Source: an uncultured Candidatus Binatia bacterium
GTDB taxonomy: Bacteria; Desulfobacterota; Binatia; UBA9968; JAJDTQ01
DNA: 64,000 nt
NCBI GenBank assembly: GCA_965215605.1
Contig: OZ244070.1
Coordinates: 416,001 to 480,000, forward strand
Reading direction: 5' to 3'
A program made the translations under genes and the position numbers. Positions 63,334-64,000 of the stretch are shown in pieces. A model generated the notes under the pieces. It was not told the DNA's origin, made no database searches, and saw only the letters and a program-made list of their open reading frames with translations. Numbering within the stretch: position 1 is the stretch's first letter; the number at the start of each line of letters is the position of its first letter.

Positions 63334-64000
63334 ATGCAACAGTCCTGGCGCACGCCCCTCGTGGTGCTGATCTGCGGTACCTTGGTGATGATGCTGGCCT
63401 TCGGCATCCGCCAGACCTATGGACTGTTTCTCACCCCCATCAGCGACACCCTCGGTTGGCCTCGGGGCATCTTCTCCTTCGCCATCGCCCTCCAGAGCCT
63501 CATCTGGGGGTTGGCGCAGCCGATCCTCGGGGGCTTGGCCGACCGTTACGGCTCCGCCAAGGTGGTGGCGCTGAGCGCCTTGGCCTACATGGTCGGGCTC
63601 TATCTCATGTCCGTGTCCACGGACCCCTGGAGCATGACCTTCAGCACCGCCTTTCTCACGGGCGTGGCCATGAGCGGAACCAGCTTTTCCCTCGTGCTCG
63701 CCGTTATCGGCCGCAGCGCGCCGCCAGAAAAACGCGGCCTCTACCTCGGCATCGGCAGCGCCGGCGGCTCTTCCGGACAGTTTCTGGTGGTGCCCTTCGG
63801 ACAGATCCTGCTCTCGTCCTACGGATGGGTGGAGACCCTGGTGCTGCTGGCGTTGCTGGCCGGACTCATCGTGCCGCTGTCGGCGGCGCTGGTGGAGAAC
63901 GAGCCGACCGCGGTCCAGCGCGACCAGACTCTGTGGCAGGCCCTGGGCGAGGCCCGGCACCACACCGGCTATCTGCTGCTCACCGCGGGATTCTTCGTAT
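63334..64000 (+). CDS. MFS transporter (3'-truncated by window edge)
   Basis: MQQSWRTPLVVLICG...GIRQTYGLFL...QPILGGLADRYG; open to the window end; alternative ATG at 63325. Confidence 0.85.
   Translation, partial: MQQSWRTPLVVLICGTLVMMLAFGIRQTYGLFLTPISDTLGWPRGIFSFAIALQSLIWGLAQPILGGLADRYGSAKVVALSALAYMVGLYLMSVSTDPWSMTFSTAFLTGVAMSGTSFSLVLAVIGRSAPPEKRGLYLGIGSAGGSSGQFLVVPFGQILLSSYGWVETLVLLALLAGLIVPLSAALVENEPTAVQRDQTLWQALGEARHHTGYLLLTAGFFV

Overview
High-GC bacterial chromosomal window. The 16S/23S sequence style and the gene content (many TAXI/ABC binding proteins, LLM and MetE-like enzymes) suggest a Deltaproteobacteria/Desulfobacterota-like organism, possibly Binatia; this is inference only. The left ~38 kb is accessory and metabolic: a hydantoinase B gene with an in-frame TGA, gap, a MetE-like enzyme, an ABC binding protein plus permease, tandem TAXI receptors with a TRAP permease, a broken LLM monooxygenase, an ECF sigma/anti-sigma/two Spy-CpxP module, MFS transporters, HU, a methyltransferase frameshifted at a G14 tract, nadX plus a ThDP enzyme, an afuABC-like transporter with inositol monophosphatase, a complete aa3-type cytochrome c oxidase operon, an amidohydrolase and acs. 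The right ~26 kb is core genome: ispF, moeA, a full rRNA operon (16S-tRNA-Ile-tRNA-Ala-23S-5S), tyrS, rny, fau, a 6S-position RNA, zapA/zapB, ftsY, smc, an HNH nuclease, rng, phoU-phoB-phoR, a biotin-domain-less carboxyltransferase, a TAXI protein and a truncated MFS. I saw no CRISPR array, transposase, integrase or prophage. The best leads are a candidate phase-variable methyltransferase, an unusually long rod-like RNA at the ssrS locus, a repeated promoter motif in the ECF-Spy module, tandem NrdR-like boxes at smc, two CTG start codons with strong SD sequences, and REP-like GTAG ends that supply stop codons. All calls come from reading motifs by eye; no database search was run.
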